64,000 nt of DNA from Catajapyx aquilonaris (GCA_000934665.2 JYFJ02000586.1:1-64000), one strand, 5' to 3'. Positions 13,501 to 26,130 are shown, counted from the stretch's first letter. Notes: generated by a model from the letters alone, not told the origin. Program-made: numbers and translations.

Positions 13501-16280
13501 CAACTGTAGCTATTACAACTCTCTTGCTGGGACCCCTGGATGTGGGCAACACTTTCGTAGCACGGCAAGGAATATTGGAGATGATCCTAGTTATGGCAGG
13601 CACTGATGACTTCCTTCAGCAGGTCTGATTATCACAATATTGAGCCTTGCTTAAGAAATCGAGTGAACTTACCTACATGCATGAAAGTCTGTGTGCAACC
13701 CATCAGTGGACCCATCTCTACCCCATCCATTAATCACACCAACCTTGATGGCCCTCCTTTTATCATGTAGTCACTTATAAAACAAAACATGATTGTAATA
13801 ATTCTACTTACAGAAAGTAGCTTCAGAAGCGATTATAGCTGCAACATCTAAGAAGGACAAGGTGCGAACCATCTTGACCCAAGGAGTGCATATCTTGAAG
13901 CAGTTGTATCAGTCCAAAAACGACAGCATAAAAGTTCGTGCACTGGTTGGCCTCTGCAAGATAGGGAGCAGCGGGGGAACAGATTCCACCATTAGGCCCT
14001 TCGCTGACGGATCGTCCTTGAAGTTGGCCGAAGCTTGCAGGCGTTTCCTCACTACCCCTGCCAAAGATGGAGATATGAGGAAGTGGGCAGCAGAAGGACT
14101 CTCTTATCTCACACTTGATGCTGAAGTAAAGGAGAAACTCATAGAAGATAAAGTGGCCCTCAGGGCTCTCATGGAACTGGCTCAGGTAGGTTAGTTTTCA
14201 GGTGGTAGAATGCACATCTGCAATTTGGACAGTTGCTAAACACATTTAGGGGAGTGCTCTGCTGTGTCAGACTAAATGAAATAGGTGAAAATTAAAGCAC
14301 TATTAATCAAAAATTCAAATCTTTTGCCAATGTCGACATTCAAGGAGCAGGTGTTTGGTAATAAATAGTATTGTGGCAGCGTTACTGGATGGGGTGGTTG
14401 CAGGTCACATGCTTATCACACTGTTTGTTTTTATCAAGGTGCCCAAGCCTTTTGGGAAGTCACTGTCAAGTGAGTTGTAGTTTCTCACAACTGTACTGCA
14501 TAGATCCAGGAGAAATAATTTCATTAATCCAGTGTTTACCTGGGCATAAAAATAAATTGTCGTCATTGTGCGCAATTTCAGTAATTAAGGTTTGAAAATG
14601 GTTTCTTTCAGACTGGAGACAAGTCCGTCATTTATGGAGTAGTTGCCATCTTTGTGAATTTGACTAATTCTTATGACAAACAAGAGATGGTCCCAGAACT
14701 CGTAGAACTGGCTAAGTTTGCAAAGCAGCACATACCAGAGGAACATGTCTATGATGATCCTGATTTTGTGGAAAAGCGCCTTGAGGTGAGAAGTAATTAG
14801 GATTTTCCACAAATTACACTATGTGATTAAACTTACACTTGAATAATTTTCATTACATAGGCCTTGTGCAAGGAAGATGCAACGTCAGCTATGGTGTCAC
14901 TTGCCAAAACTGATAGCCAGAACATCAGGGAATTGATTTCCCGAGTTATGAATGCCATGTGCAATAACGTGAGCCTGAGGGGAATTATTGTACAACAAGG
15001 TGGAGCCAAAATGCTCCTTTCACTGGCCTTAGAAGGGACAGACAAAGGAAAGAAGCAGGCAGCACAGGCTCTAGCCAGGATTGGCATCACAACTGATCCA
15101 GCTGTTGCATTTCCAGGGCAAAGGGTAGGTATTTCTCTTGAGCTTTTTTTACCTTGTAGGTGACTTTTGTAGGACATTAATAAGCAAAAAATGTCATTTC
15201 GCAATTGTTGCATTCATATTGCAGGCTTGTGAAGTCATCCGCCCTCTCCTGTCCTTGCTACACCCTGACTGTTCTGGTCTGGAGACCTTTGAAGCATTGA
15301 TGGCCCTTTGCAATTTAGCTGGCATGACTGAAACTGTGCGGAAATGGTACCTATCCTATACTTTTCCAAGTCACAGCATGGGAATTTAATTGTAATCAAA
15401 ACTTTCTTTGATAGCATTATGAAGGACAATGGCTTTTCCCACATCGAGCAGTACATCTATGATGAGCATGAAATGCTCAAGCGTGCTGCATTCCAACTTA
15501 TGACAAACTTGTGCTGTTCCCCTGAAGTGGTAGAGAGGTTTGAGGGTAAGAATGATCGTGTGAAGTATTTTGTGCTTATCTGTACAGCTGAGGATGATGA
15601 AGACACTGTTAAGGCTGCAGTAGCAGCCCTTGCCATCCTGACCTCAGAAAGCCGCAAGTGCTGCAAGAAGATAGTGGAAGTGAGTAACACTTACGTAATA
15701 ACACTCAGTAATGGACCCTGGTCCCTGGATAAAGTGGAAATCTGCCATTTGCAGAACTTTTGTTTGGTCACAACACAGAATTTTCTATGCATTTCTCTCA
15801 CATGTTGCAGAGACTTGTTCAGTAGGAAAACATTTTGCAGAACGGAGCAATTCCGCTGTATGCAGGTTCCACTATATCACATGTACGAGTATATTCTGAT
15901 GAACTTACTCTTCTTGCAGGTGTCATCTTGGGTTGAGTGCATTCGATTCCTGTTGGCAAACCCAGACAAGGCTACTGCACATCGTGGTGTTGCCTTGGTT
16001 TATAACATGATGGCCAGCAGCAAGTCTGTAGCAGAAAAACTCATTGAAACTGATATTATGGAAGTCCTAATGGCCCTCACTAAACTTGGTGTGTAATAGC
16101 TACATTTTTTCTACTCTGCCTAATTACACGATCTGCTAAACATTCCGTAACATTTCAGAAGGTGAAGATGTGGAGGCGATTCGAAATCTAGCAGACCAAG
16201 CTCTGAAAGCTGCGGAAAATTGGAAGCTTATTAAGAAACCTGACGAAGAAGAAGAAGACATCGGAAGTGATGTGGAATAG
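10567..16280 (+). CDS. unc-45: Protein unc-45 homolog (TPR + central + UCS/ARM myosin chaperone, Hsp90 co-chaperone), 15 coding exons, 941 aa
   Basis: Manually spliced with GT-AG introns and consistent phases: 10567-10686, 11064-11351, 11788-11917, 12173-12303, 12709-12877, 12963-13121, 13213-13390, 13460-13622, 13814-14185, 14612-14785, 14861-15124, 15225-15346, 15415-15679, 15920-16088, 16159-16280 (2826 nt). TPR motifs [32 protein letters not shown]-45 signatures [76 protein letters not shown]. The start could also be the ATG at 10570, 10573 or 10603. Confidence 0.97.
11531..11713. mobile_element. PIF/Harbinger-type foldback MITE in unc-45 intron 2
   Basis: TTA target duplication (11528-30 and 11714-16). 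TIRs agctgcatttacatgtgagcgatt / aatcgctcacatgtaaacgcggct. Inner arms also pair (aagtcttcgc/gcgaagactt; gtaaccagtatcgtttgaggcgaaa/tttcacctcaaacaatattggttac). Confidence 0.85.
12342..12675. mobile_element. Tc1/mariner (pogo/Tigger-type) MITE in unc-45 intron 4
   Basis: TA on both flanks. TIRs caggagaaccctgattatccg / cggataat(aat)cggggttctactg. Internal repeats of tcggataa. Confidence 0.85.
15730..15876. mobile_element. Degenerate pogo/Tigger-like MITE in unc-45 intron 13
   Basis: Ends taaagtggaaatctgc and gcaggttccactata are imperfect inverted repeats of the TACAGTGGAACC type. Confidence 0.45.
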
Positions 16281-19200
16281 ATTTTAAAAAAATGAAGTGT
16301 TAAGTTTTCAAAAAATTTTAATATTTGCCGTATTCTTATTACATGATTGTACAGTATGTTACTCTATTTCTATAAAAATGCTTACTAATGCTGCAAATAT
16401 TCAGATAATCTTAATTTATTTAACCTGTACAAATTTCAGTCTCAAACTAGTTCACTAAGCCATAGGTCAGTGTAGTCATCAATAATGCATCCAGCTGGAG
16501 GATCAATAGTTTAAGAGGGTACATGCACAAGGCATTTGTCATGTCTATTACCTCTCGAAACCAATGGCATTGGCTACAATATACACTTACAATATAAGCT
16601 AAAGTTCAGAAGGTAAAATATTTTGCAGTCTGAATGCTCCGGGGCCTGCATATATAATGACCTTGTTCATTAGAAAGAGTCGCAAATCTGCAAAAATGAG
16701 TCAGATGCACTGGTCTTGGGTGTCACTTACCAAAAAATCACAGAGTACCAAGAATTATTTTTTTGAAGGATGTTTCAATTCAAAAGGGAATGCAATTTTG
16801 ATTTTGAGTATGACAGTATTACTCAATTTCTTCTCTTTTCTTGGAACTGTGCCTGATGTCAATTTTACTGTCTGACCCCTGTTCTCTCAGGCAAAGTATG
16901 TTGAACCAAGCTTTGACCATAAGGACATATGAAAAAAGACGGGTGGGCATGAATGACGAGTTTCATACTTCTCCAGGACATGTTTAGGATTGCCTTTTTC
17001 AGGTTGTGGACTCTCTACTGCACACCCACAACTTGTGTTAAACGTAAGTAATGGTTGGGGGCATCAGGGGGGCATCAGCAGCACATGTTCACATGGAGGC
17101 AGTAAAAATTTCTTCCAGCCCAGAAGCCCAAAAGCAGAACAAATGAACAATTAACTAGATCATTCTGCTACATTGGTTCACTCTGTTCATTGTCAAGTGA
17201 CTCGTATTTCTGGCTCATTAATGGCATACTGCTTGCAAAATAATGTTTTTCATAAAAAATTGTGCACGTGGTACATGGTTAGAATGGTTAAAAATGCTGT
17301 GGCCCTTTCATTTGAGCTTTGATCTCCATTTTTTGCTGGATCTGTTAGTGAAAAATTTCAAGAGCACACTTTGTCCAAGCTCCAAAGAGCAAAATAATGG
17401 AGAATCATGTAAAAATCTGCTCATCTGCTTGTGGGTAATTGCTGAGCTTAGAATTGCTTGTGGCATGTATTGGTGCAACCTTGGTGCAACTTATATGTCA
17501 ATTGGAGCCATATAAGTTATGCATGGTACCAAATGGTACGAAGTATTTCCAAAGTATAGTCTTATGTCTTATGTACTTTACAGATTTACCACCTAGCTAT
17601 GCTGCTCTTGGTAGTTTTTTCTCTCGAAAGAAAACAATCGGTTTTGTTTCAGTCTGTCAGATTCTTCTCCATATCCTACACCCGCCTGCATAATCATCAT
17701 CCCCTCCCTTCCGCCACACCTCCAAATTTTATGGCCAAGGAGGAGGGACCTAGGTCTTTGACCATTTTACAAGTCTGAATACTGCAGTAAAATTCTACTC
17801 TACCATACCTTTCAAACGATGCCAATAAACCCCGAAGAATCAGTACATGCCACAATCGAATATTATCATGCGAGCATATCCTACCGATCGTTATGGAGAT
17901 AGAGAGAAACGCTTGTTGGAGACTCCCATTAATAAAATAAGCTGCCCACCTTGATTTTCCGTGTAACTGCAATGAATCGATATAAAGCATTTAATGCTGC
18001 AATATAATACCATCGTGGAAATTGATTTTATTGCGCTCATTGTATGCGATTCGTATGCTGATAAGAAAATGTCAATTTCAGACGAACATCATTTAGCACG
18101 CATCATTCTGCAACCACACTGTACCGTGCGTAACACCCCAGGCATCCATTTACAAGAAGAAACCCGTGTTTATATTTTCCCAGCCATTAAATTGCTTACG
18201 TCATGGCCGGCTGCACTACATATATAGATACCACGTCTCTCAAAAAGGGAGGGCCTTTATGCTGGGATACATAAACGATGGAAAACCCTGAACAAGCAAT
18301 TAATGATATATTAATAATATGAGATCAACCACTTGTTCTATATGTTTACCTCATTTATGCAACCGGCCCTAAGTGGCCAACAATTATTATGAGCTCGTGA
18401 AAACACCCCATTCATAGAATATGGCCAAAGTCCTCCTCTTGTCGCCACTAATAAGTAGCCTATTTGGTAATTCCCCCCCCCCCCCCCCATATGTCGCAGC
18501 CCATTCATCGTGTTAGCTAAATATTTGCGTAAGAGAATTGCGTGCTCCCGTTCTTCCAAAAATTCCACGTGATCGAATCACGCAATTCGCAGAAATCCAT
18601 ATTTTTGACGTCACAAGTGCTGCGACAACCAATCTTGCAATATAATCGCTACTCACTTCTGCACAAGAACTGCATGTGCAGATGGTCTCATTATTTGTGC
18701 TTACCATTCACCTGTAACCTTCTCTTCCCTCGTCTTACCGTGCGATCGACATAATAAGTGAAGAGTAACTTTAGAACCAAAAAAGTAACCTAGCTCAACC
18801 AATTTACATGAACTTGATTATTTCATTCCGGTTACATTATTCATAGTCTACATATTTTTCAACTGTGAAAATGACTCCTAGCGCAAGAGTGACGGTTTAC
18901 GGCTGGTAAAAACTTCCTGCACACCAATAAAATCAGTAGCAAGAGTTTCATCAACAAGTGACATTATGGAAGAAGGAAGAGTAGCCTACAGGTCATAATG
19001 CGTCCTGCTGTGCCAGACAATGCTTTATCTGCTCATTGTTGTATGGATCAGAAAATGTATTGAAACACCCACGTCAGAAGTGAAGTGAAAGTATTTTATC
19101 ACCCAGCTGTCTACTGTAACAAAGAAGCAGCTTTGATAGTACTAATTGTCATTTTATCAGTGCTAACTCAAGCCATTAAGTAGTGTAATAATACCGCGCA

Positions 19201-20477
19201 CAAAAAAAATAAATCGTCTAACGTACATCAACGGCCGCCCAGAAGACCCAGCCAAATAAGGAGAGGTTGTAAACACCGGTAACTAGTATTGCAAGTGCTG
19301 TGCACTACACATTGCATCGACGAGAAGAAAAGTAATATTATTGTTAAGTACTTGTACATGGGAACTACCAAGTGAATCGTGATGAAATACACGTAGGCTA
19401 TAAGAAACTGCAAGTCCTTTCAAATGCGTCACACGAGACGGCGGACTATGTACAGATGACGAATCAGCCCCCTGGCTTCAGCACAATGTATATAATCAAT
19501 ACAAAATTATCTTATATCAAGTGAAATAACATAAAAAATAAATGCAACATATCCATTGAAATCAACGAAATACCTTGTAATGCATCCGAATACGACGCAA
19601 AACAAGAGTTGGAGCAGTTCCATGCATAAACGTCAGGGCAAGCAATGTATTTCCAGTCTGTATTAAGTGCCTGAAACTTGCATTTACCAGTGCATTTGCA
19701 TACTCATTTTACACACATTTGACCACCGCATTTCAAAAGCCGGGCCTAAAAATTCAAATGTATATAAGTACACAAGTGCATATGCTTGGTAATGTAATGG
19801 GGTGAGTGAAACTGCATGAGCCGAGAGCTCTCCGCTCCGTTCAAGCGCCGACCCGATACTAAACTTTTACAGGTCTTTTTACACTCGGCCCCTGGTTCCA
19901 ATGGCCCCTTCCCACTGCCAGCACGTTAGCTATGCTACCAGGGTCGGCCCCGTGTCTCATCTGCCCCCGGAATAAATACCCGGGGCAAACAGCCTTTCAC
20001 TTGCATCTACAATGGTTAGCAGTGGCCTCCGAAGCCGAGAGTTCAGGCTCAATCCAGTGTTTAAACTGGGTCCGATTAGAGCGGCCCGTGGCCGGCCCCG
20101 GGTGGTTCAGCAGCCCCGTAACCTATACCGATCTCTTCCCCAGAATGTCCTCTTTCTACCTGCCACAGTGTCCGGCCCCGGGGCCGCCCTGGATACCCAT
20201 AAAACTACCGAAACCCCGAATTTGTGCTCTGCCCGCGAGTCGCACTCCGACTTTCATAACCGCCTGAGAGTTTTCCAGGGGCTTGTCAGCCTGGATGAAC
20301 TAGACATATATGTAGTCCGAAACGTCCTGCATCTCCCTGCACAGGTCCCGGGTCCGCCCGCGGGCGCGCACTGTGCTAAAAAAGTCAAAAAGGTCGACGA
20401 GGAAGCACAGTTGGATCAAGTGGAAGAAGCCGAGCAGGAGCTCGGCCTGGCGCCCGCTCGCGCGCGTCCCCTCCGAG

Positions 20478-20538
20478 GTCCGCGCCTCCCCTATAAAACG
20501 CCACCCGCTAGTGAGTGGCGCTTCATTCCAGATCCAGC
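20478..20538 (+). promoter_or_regulatory. Histone H1 core promoter
   Basis: GTCCGCGCCTC (20478-88), TATAAAACG (20492-20500), Inr-like TCATTC (A at 20525), GATCCAGC (20531-38). Confidence 0.8.
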
Positions 20539-20614
20539 AGTCGTTGAGGTAGCATCAGCTCCTGTTCATCTACTCTTCACCGCTTGACTCCAGTTGTTCC
20601 CGTACACCGCCAAG

Positions 20615-21205
20615 ATGACCGACGTAGCAGCAGCAGCGCCCCAGGGCACACCCAAGAAGGGGGCCAAGTCCAAGAAGCCGAGGACCAAGCCCAACCATCC
20701 CCGCACCTCTGACATGGTCAACAGCGCCATCAAGAGCCTGAACGAGCGCGGTGGGTCCTCTCTGCAGGCCATCAAGAAGTACATCGCCTCCAACTACAAG
20801 GTCGACGCCGAGAAGCTGGCACCCTTCATCAAGAAGTACCTGAAGACCGCTGTCCTGTCCGGCGGTCTGGTCCAGACCAAGGGCAAGGGGGCCACCGGCT
20901 CATTCAAGATCAGCACCGGCGTGAAGGGGGAGAAGCCGGTCGTGGCCAAGAAGAAGTCGCCGATAAAGAAGAAGCCGGCCGAGAAGAAGGCAGCGGCGGC
21001 CAAGCCCAAGAAGGCCGCGGCTGGGGCCTCCCCTGCCAAGAAGCCAAAGAAGGCGGCACCCAAGCCGAAGAAGGCTGCAGCCAAGCCCAAGAAGTCTCCG
21101 GCAAAGGCCACCAAGCCCAAGACCCCCAAGAAGCCGAAGACTCCCAAGCCCAAGAAGGCGGCAGCCAAGAAGACCGCCAAGAAGGCTTCACCCAAGAAGA
21201 AGTAA
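20615..21205 (+). CDS. His1: Histone H1 (196 aa, intronless)
   Basis: ATG at 20615 in a good context (gccaagATG). Globular domain [30 protein letters not shown]...[14 protein letters not shown] followed by a K/A/P-rich tail with SPKK/TPKK motifs. Confidence 0.98.
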   Translation: MTDVAAAAPQGTPKKGAKSKKPRTKPNHPRTSDMVNSAIKSLNERGGSSLQAIKKYIASNYKVDAEKLAPFIKKYLKTAVLSGGLVQTKGKGATGSFKISTGVKGEKPVVAKKKSPIKKKPAEKKAAAAKPKKAAAGASPAKKPKKAAPKPKKAAAKPKKSPAKATKPKTPKKPKTPKPKKAAAKKTAKKASPKKK

Positions 21206-21303
21206 ATTTCTTCAGATGGGAGGTTTTATCGGAGGACGCAGAAACCAGGCCGATCCACCATCGCCCGGTCTGGAGGAGAGGTTTTAGAAGAAGAACTAAA
21301 AAT

Positions 21304-21340
21304 GGCCCTTTTCAGGGCCACCCAAATCTATCTGAAAGAG
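21304..21340 (+). terminator. Histone mRNA 3' stem-loop plus HDE (H1)
   Basis: GGCCCT-TTTC-AGGGCC (21304-19), ACCCA, then purine-rich GAAAGAG (21334-40). Overlapping AATAAA signals follow at 21390-21400. Confidence 0.95.
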
Positions 21341-22915
21341 CATTTGCAAAACCAAATTTTTTTCCACCGTCACAGGTACCTTCCCCAACAATAAAATAAA
21401 TACCCGACCTTTCCTTCCCTTTTTCAACTGGGGTTTGGATCGGAGTGTTGCTGGTTTGTACTGTTGGAATGATGGGGGGGGTTAGGTCAACATAAGCACG
21501 TGTTGGGGAAAGTAGGCCGCTATATCGTTTGTTGCGATGCCAAACGGGTCAGTTATGTGATAATTATGTCCCCCCGCATCACCCTCCGTCCTCCAGTTTC
21601 ATGCGTCACGTCCTTCAGGCTAAATACAGATCCGGAGTATTACGTTTTTAGAATAGGGTTTCTGAATAGGCGGGGTGTTGAAGCTAGGCATAGCCCTGTT
21701 GCTGGCAGTGTGGTCATGTTTGGCCAAATGCGCGGGAAAAGTTTTATTGCATTTTGGCGGGATAATCGCGGCAGTTTGGGTAGGTGGGCAAAAAAAGGCG
21801 GGAAAGAGGGAAGGGGTCGGTTGAGTGGAGAAGGGGAGGGAAGGATCAGCTTCCGGACCAGACAAAACCGGTTCTTCCACCCATCGTTGTCGCCCCTGAC
21901 CCTCAACCTCAACCCGCCCCACTCCACCGCCCCATGCTCAACAATGCAGAATTGCGTGGGTAAGCGGGAGGGATTGGGACCGACAGCTGCACACCTTTTA
22001 TTCAAAAAAATTGCGACGCCCTATGGTCATACCACCTATCAAAATTCCTCGCCGATATAAATGCGTAGAATGTAGTTTTTATGCACAGTGTACGTGAAGC
22101 GCGGGCCACATGCCAAGCCGATGAAAATACCTTATTGGACTAGACCGGTAATAAAAATCGATAATGTAAGTCTCGGGGAGTTACGTTGACTCCTGCCAGG
22201 TTGTACTAGTTCAAGGTGAATATTAGTAGCAAGACAGCTCGTTTCCGTACGTACTGCTTACTCACTTTTTCAGTCTGCAGCAGGAAAAATAGCACGGCGC
22301 GTGTGAATATTTCTCAATCAGTCGAGAACAATAGGGCATAATGTGTAACATGCTTTCACCTTGGTTTCGCCGGCTTACATGGTTAGCAATATTAGATTTG
22401 AGCAGTTAATTTATTGATAACAATTATTGCAGTGGTGATCCATATAAAATAAACCCAAGCATTGACAATGATGGTGCGAGGAATATGCTCCCGCCCTCTG
22501 CTGGCCAGATGTGGGTACATGTACCCCCGGGTGCTAACCAGCGCCAACCTTCGTCCAACAATGAGCCCCGATGGCGGCAAAGAGCAAGCGAATCCCGCTG
22601 CGTATTTCCCTCCAAAAATACTGGGCCGCCCTCCAGTGCTGCCCTCGCCCGCCCATGATCCGAACCTCCCCCCTCGTTATTTCCCACGATTCTTCAAATT
22701 TGGGGGGTGAAGGAGAGCTTGGTGGCGGGCAGAGGGAGGATCCTGTAAGGCAAGCAACCCCCTTTTTCCATCCAGCCACCGTGACCCCCAGTCGCTCACC
22801 TCCCTTCCCCTCCCGTCATTACTAAAACATTCCCCCTCCTTTTCCCACCCCGCCAACCACCTGGCCAGAACAGCCAGGTGGGGGTGGATCCGCGGGATGG
22901 AACAGCGGCTTACAC

Positions 22916-22979
22916 GTCCGCGCCTCTGGGGGTATAAAACGGCCAACTTTCTAGCGCCCTCCACCACTTCGGATCCAGC
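22916..22979 (+). promoter_or_regulatory. Histone H4 core promoter
   Basis: GTCCGCGCCTC (22916-26), TATAAAACG (22933-41), Inr-like CCACTT (A at 22966), GATCCAGC (22972-79). Confidence 0.8.
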
Positions 22980-23036
22980 CGCTGAGAGGGAGAGAGCTGC
23001 TGCGTTCGATCCAATCGTTTGTACACCGGTATATAG

Positions 23037-23360
<324 letters not shown>

Positions 23361-23559
23361 ACCATCCGTCGCCGGCCGACAACTACACCCCCCCTGTCCT
23401 CCTTTTGATTACCCGTTCCTTCGATTATCTCCCTCTCCGTACCTCCCCCCGCCCTCCCTCTTCTCATTGCCACTTCCCCTCACAAAATGGCTGATGCTGC
23501 GTTGCCACATCTGATCCTTCTCCCAACCCAGTTGCATCCCCCCTGATTTTTCTTCAACC

Positions 23560-23602
23560 GGCCCTTTTAAGGGCCAACAATGCTGTCCAAATTTAAGAGA
23601 CA
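23560..23602 (+). terminator. Histone mRNA 3' stem-loop plus HDE (H4)
   Basis: GGCCCT-TTTA-AGGGCC (23560-75), AACAA, then AAGAGA at ~23596. AATAAA at 23637-42. Confidence 0.9.
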
Positions 23603-23991
23603 TGCGACCAGGCATTTTATTGGGTACCCACATTGCAATAAAGAAAATTCCTAGATTACAGAGGTGACCAGAGAGTCCACGATGTCACGGTAAGGCGACT
23701 TTTTCAGCTGTATGTTTGGGTCAGTACAATATGTGCCGACAATAATGTTGCCCGGGGCAGTCGGACAATCCGTTTATTGATAGTGCGGTGCGCATGCCCC
23801 GTTGGCCAATCGCCTTCATTGATCTGTTTTCGCGGATGCCGGCTTTTCAGGCAGGGAAAATTCTGACAACAATAATGCACCTGCGACCTGGTCAAACTTT
23901 ATTCACGTCACCAAAAATACAAACGGTTTGTGCACACCATTATTACACTTGACAGAAAATGTTCCTGAACACCCGTGGGGCAACACTAGAC

Positions 23992-24290
23992 CTTGTTGGG
24001 CAGCAGTCATCCGCCCTGGGCGATGGTCACCCTGCTGAGAGCAGCTTGTTGAGCTGAGCTCGTCGTTCCTGATGGCCAGCTGGAGGTGGCGGGGGACGAT
24101 GATTCGGGTCCTTTTGTTGTCATGGGCAGCGTTTCACGCCAGCTCCGGCACCTCGGCGGCCAGGTACACGGGCGCCCCTGATCCTGCCCCGACCCTCTCC
24201 GCATAGTATGTTGCCCTTGCGGCGGTGGATCCGGCCCGGGAGGACCTGGACTTGTGCTCTTCACCTTCCCTCCTTTGCCCCGCCTGACAT
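23992..24290 (-). pseudogene. His2A: Histone H2A pseudogene
   Basis: ATG at 24290. Recognisable blocks [84 protein letters not shown]. Multiple frameshifts, deletions, an in-frame TGA, and no stem-loop found. Confidence 0.95.
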
Positions 24291-24504
24291 GTTTTGCTGC
24301 ACTATAGGTCTATCGGGCAGCTCTATCTGGCCTATTTGTAGGCGGTCAGCTGATCCGATACTAGGCGGACTCACTTTTATCTGCCCGTCCTAATAGTCTA
24401 GGATGCGCAAAAGTTTCTCTAAGAATGAGTAGGACAGCTGGCAGAATTTCCGGCACACTTTTGGTACGTGGGAATTGCTGCTGCTGCTGTGGTGCTTTTT
24501 CGCC

Positions 24505-24852
24505 ATGCCTTCCAAAACCAGCGGAAAGGCAAGAAGGCGGTCAAGGCTCAGAAGAACATCTCCAAAGGTGACAATAAGAAAAAGTACAGGAAGGAAAGCT
24601 ATGCCATCTACGTCTACAAGGTGCTCAAGCAGGTGCCACTGGCATTTCCAGCAAGGCCATGTCCATCATGAACAGCTTTGTCAATGACATTTTTGAGAGG
24701 ATTGCGGATGAGGGATCCCGATTGACTCACTACAACAAGAGGTCCACCATCGCCAGCGGGGAGATCCAGGCTGTGGTGTTGCCTGGTGAGCTGGCCGAGC
24801 ATGCTGTTAGTGAAGGCACCAAGTCTTCACCAAGTATACCAGCTCCAAGTAA
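24505..24852 (+). pseudogene. His2B: Histone H2B pseudogene, divergent from H2A (214 bp between ATGs)
   Basis: [72 protein letters not shown]...[22 protein letters not shown] spread over several frames. No downstream stem-loop. Confidence 0.95.
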
Positions 24853-25424
24853 ACGTGGTGACCTAGCTGTGAAACAGCACGAGGGGTTTGCGTCTGGATG
24901 ATGGGCACAACTTGTACCAGTTCTGTAGGTACTCTGATGATTTATCAGCAACAGATAATTTTGAAATGCTACCTACACCTTGACTACCAGAATGTAATAT
25001 TTTTGTGATGTTTCTCACATAATACAGCCAGCGCAGTTGTGAAAACGATATGCTAGCAGTCAGATGATACATATCCCTCTCGAGAAGCAACTGTGGGCAA
25101 TAAAACTTTGCACCATGATATGAACCTCTCCGAATTTCCTCACCACTGCCGTTATCCTGGGAATAGCAAAAATAGTGACATATTCAGGCTCTCTTATGAT
25201 ACTTGGACCAGCAAGACAAAAAAACATAATAATCAGGTACACAGCCACTACACATCTCATCTTAATAACTACGTTTTGACATTTTTCAGCTTTTCATCTG
25301 GTCAGCTTCTACATGAAATGATTGTGCAACCCTGTTGAACAATGTGGACAACCCTTCATTAGTATCAATTTTAGTGGGTAATTTGCATACCATAAAATAG
25401 TCATATTACAAATCTTTGCCTGTT

Positions 25425-26130
25425 ACTCTACACCGCATCCTGTAAATGGTTGATTGGTTTCTTGCCAGGCGAACATGGTGGCCACAGCATTCTTCAGAAC
25501 TGTCCAGAATGCTCCTCAAACCAATTCAGATGACATGGTGCATTTTCCTGCTGGAATATCCCATGTTTTAGGGGCACAAAGTCCATGAAGGGCTGCATAT
25601 GGACGATATGGTCACCAGGCAGTGCAATGTAGTGGTCATCAGTCCATGACGTGGTTAGGAGGCCCAGTGGACCCAACCCATGCTATGTAAACACACCCCA
25701 TACCATTACGGAACCACCACCACCTGCATGGTTCCTTGTTGACAACTGGGGTCCATAGGACCCTCACGGGGTCTGTGCCACCACACCTGGACCCTACCAT
25801 CAGCTGGTACATGACTCTTTGGACCATGCTCTGACCAGTGAGTGATAATGTCTTCCATGAGGTATTCCCAGTACACACTTGACCTGTGGTTTGAGGGATG
25901 GTAAATGTCTCCCCAACTTCGGAATGGAATGCCCCCACCTATCTGGCATCCACTATATGCCCCATTCAAACTTCAATAATAATTAATTCACCCTGCATCA
26001 TGACATAACACCAGTCCTCACAACTGATACAGGCCTGGACATTCCCAGGTCATGCTCCGGGACAGTGACACCCGGTAGCATCACTTAACAATTTGCATAC
26101 TGCTATCCCATGGCTTTTGGCACTTTAGTG
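25425..26130 (-). mobile_element. Decayed, internally deleted Tc1-family DNA transposon
   Basis: Minus-strand remnants of the N-terminal HTH region (FE.G.IV.AR, SSVYWEYLMEDIITH) joined to DDE-domain motifs ADGRVQVW, MDPSCQQGTMQ, GGGSVMVWGVF, GLGPL, GIFQQENAPCH, NWFEEH, WPPCSP..PINHL. Frameshifts and stops present. TIR-like end cactaaagtgccaaaagccatgggatag at 26130. Confidence 0.9.

Noticed and set aside
20012..20587. 191-aa ORF upstream of H1
   Set aside because: Runs through the GC-rich H1 promoter and TATA box, with no recognisable domain.
20594..20614. ORF-track N-terminal extension of H1 (MFPYTAK)
   Set aside because: Starts at TTG; the real ATG is at 20615.
20794..21195. Hydrophobic minus-strand ORFs over H1
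   Set aside because: Antisense translation of the Lys/Ala/Pro-rich H1 tail.
21400..22900. Expected H3 gene divergent from H4
   Set aside because: No ARTKQTARKS- or KPHRYRPG-like remnant seen on either strand by eye; tBLASTn would confirm.
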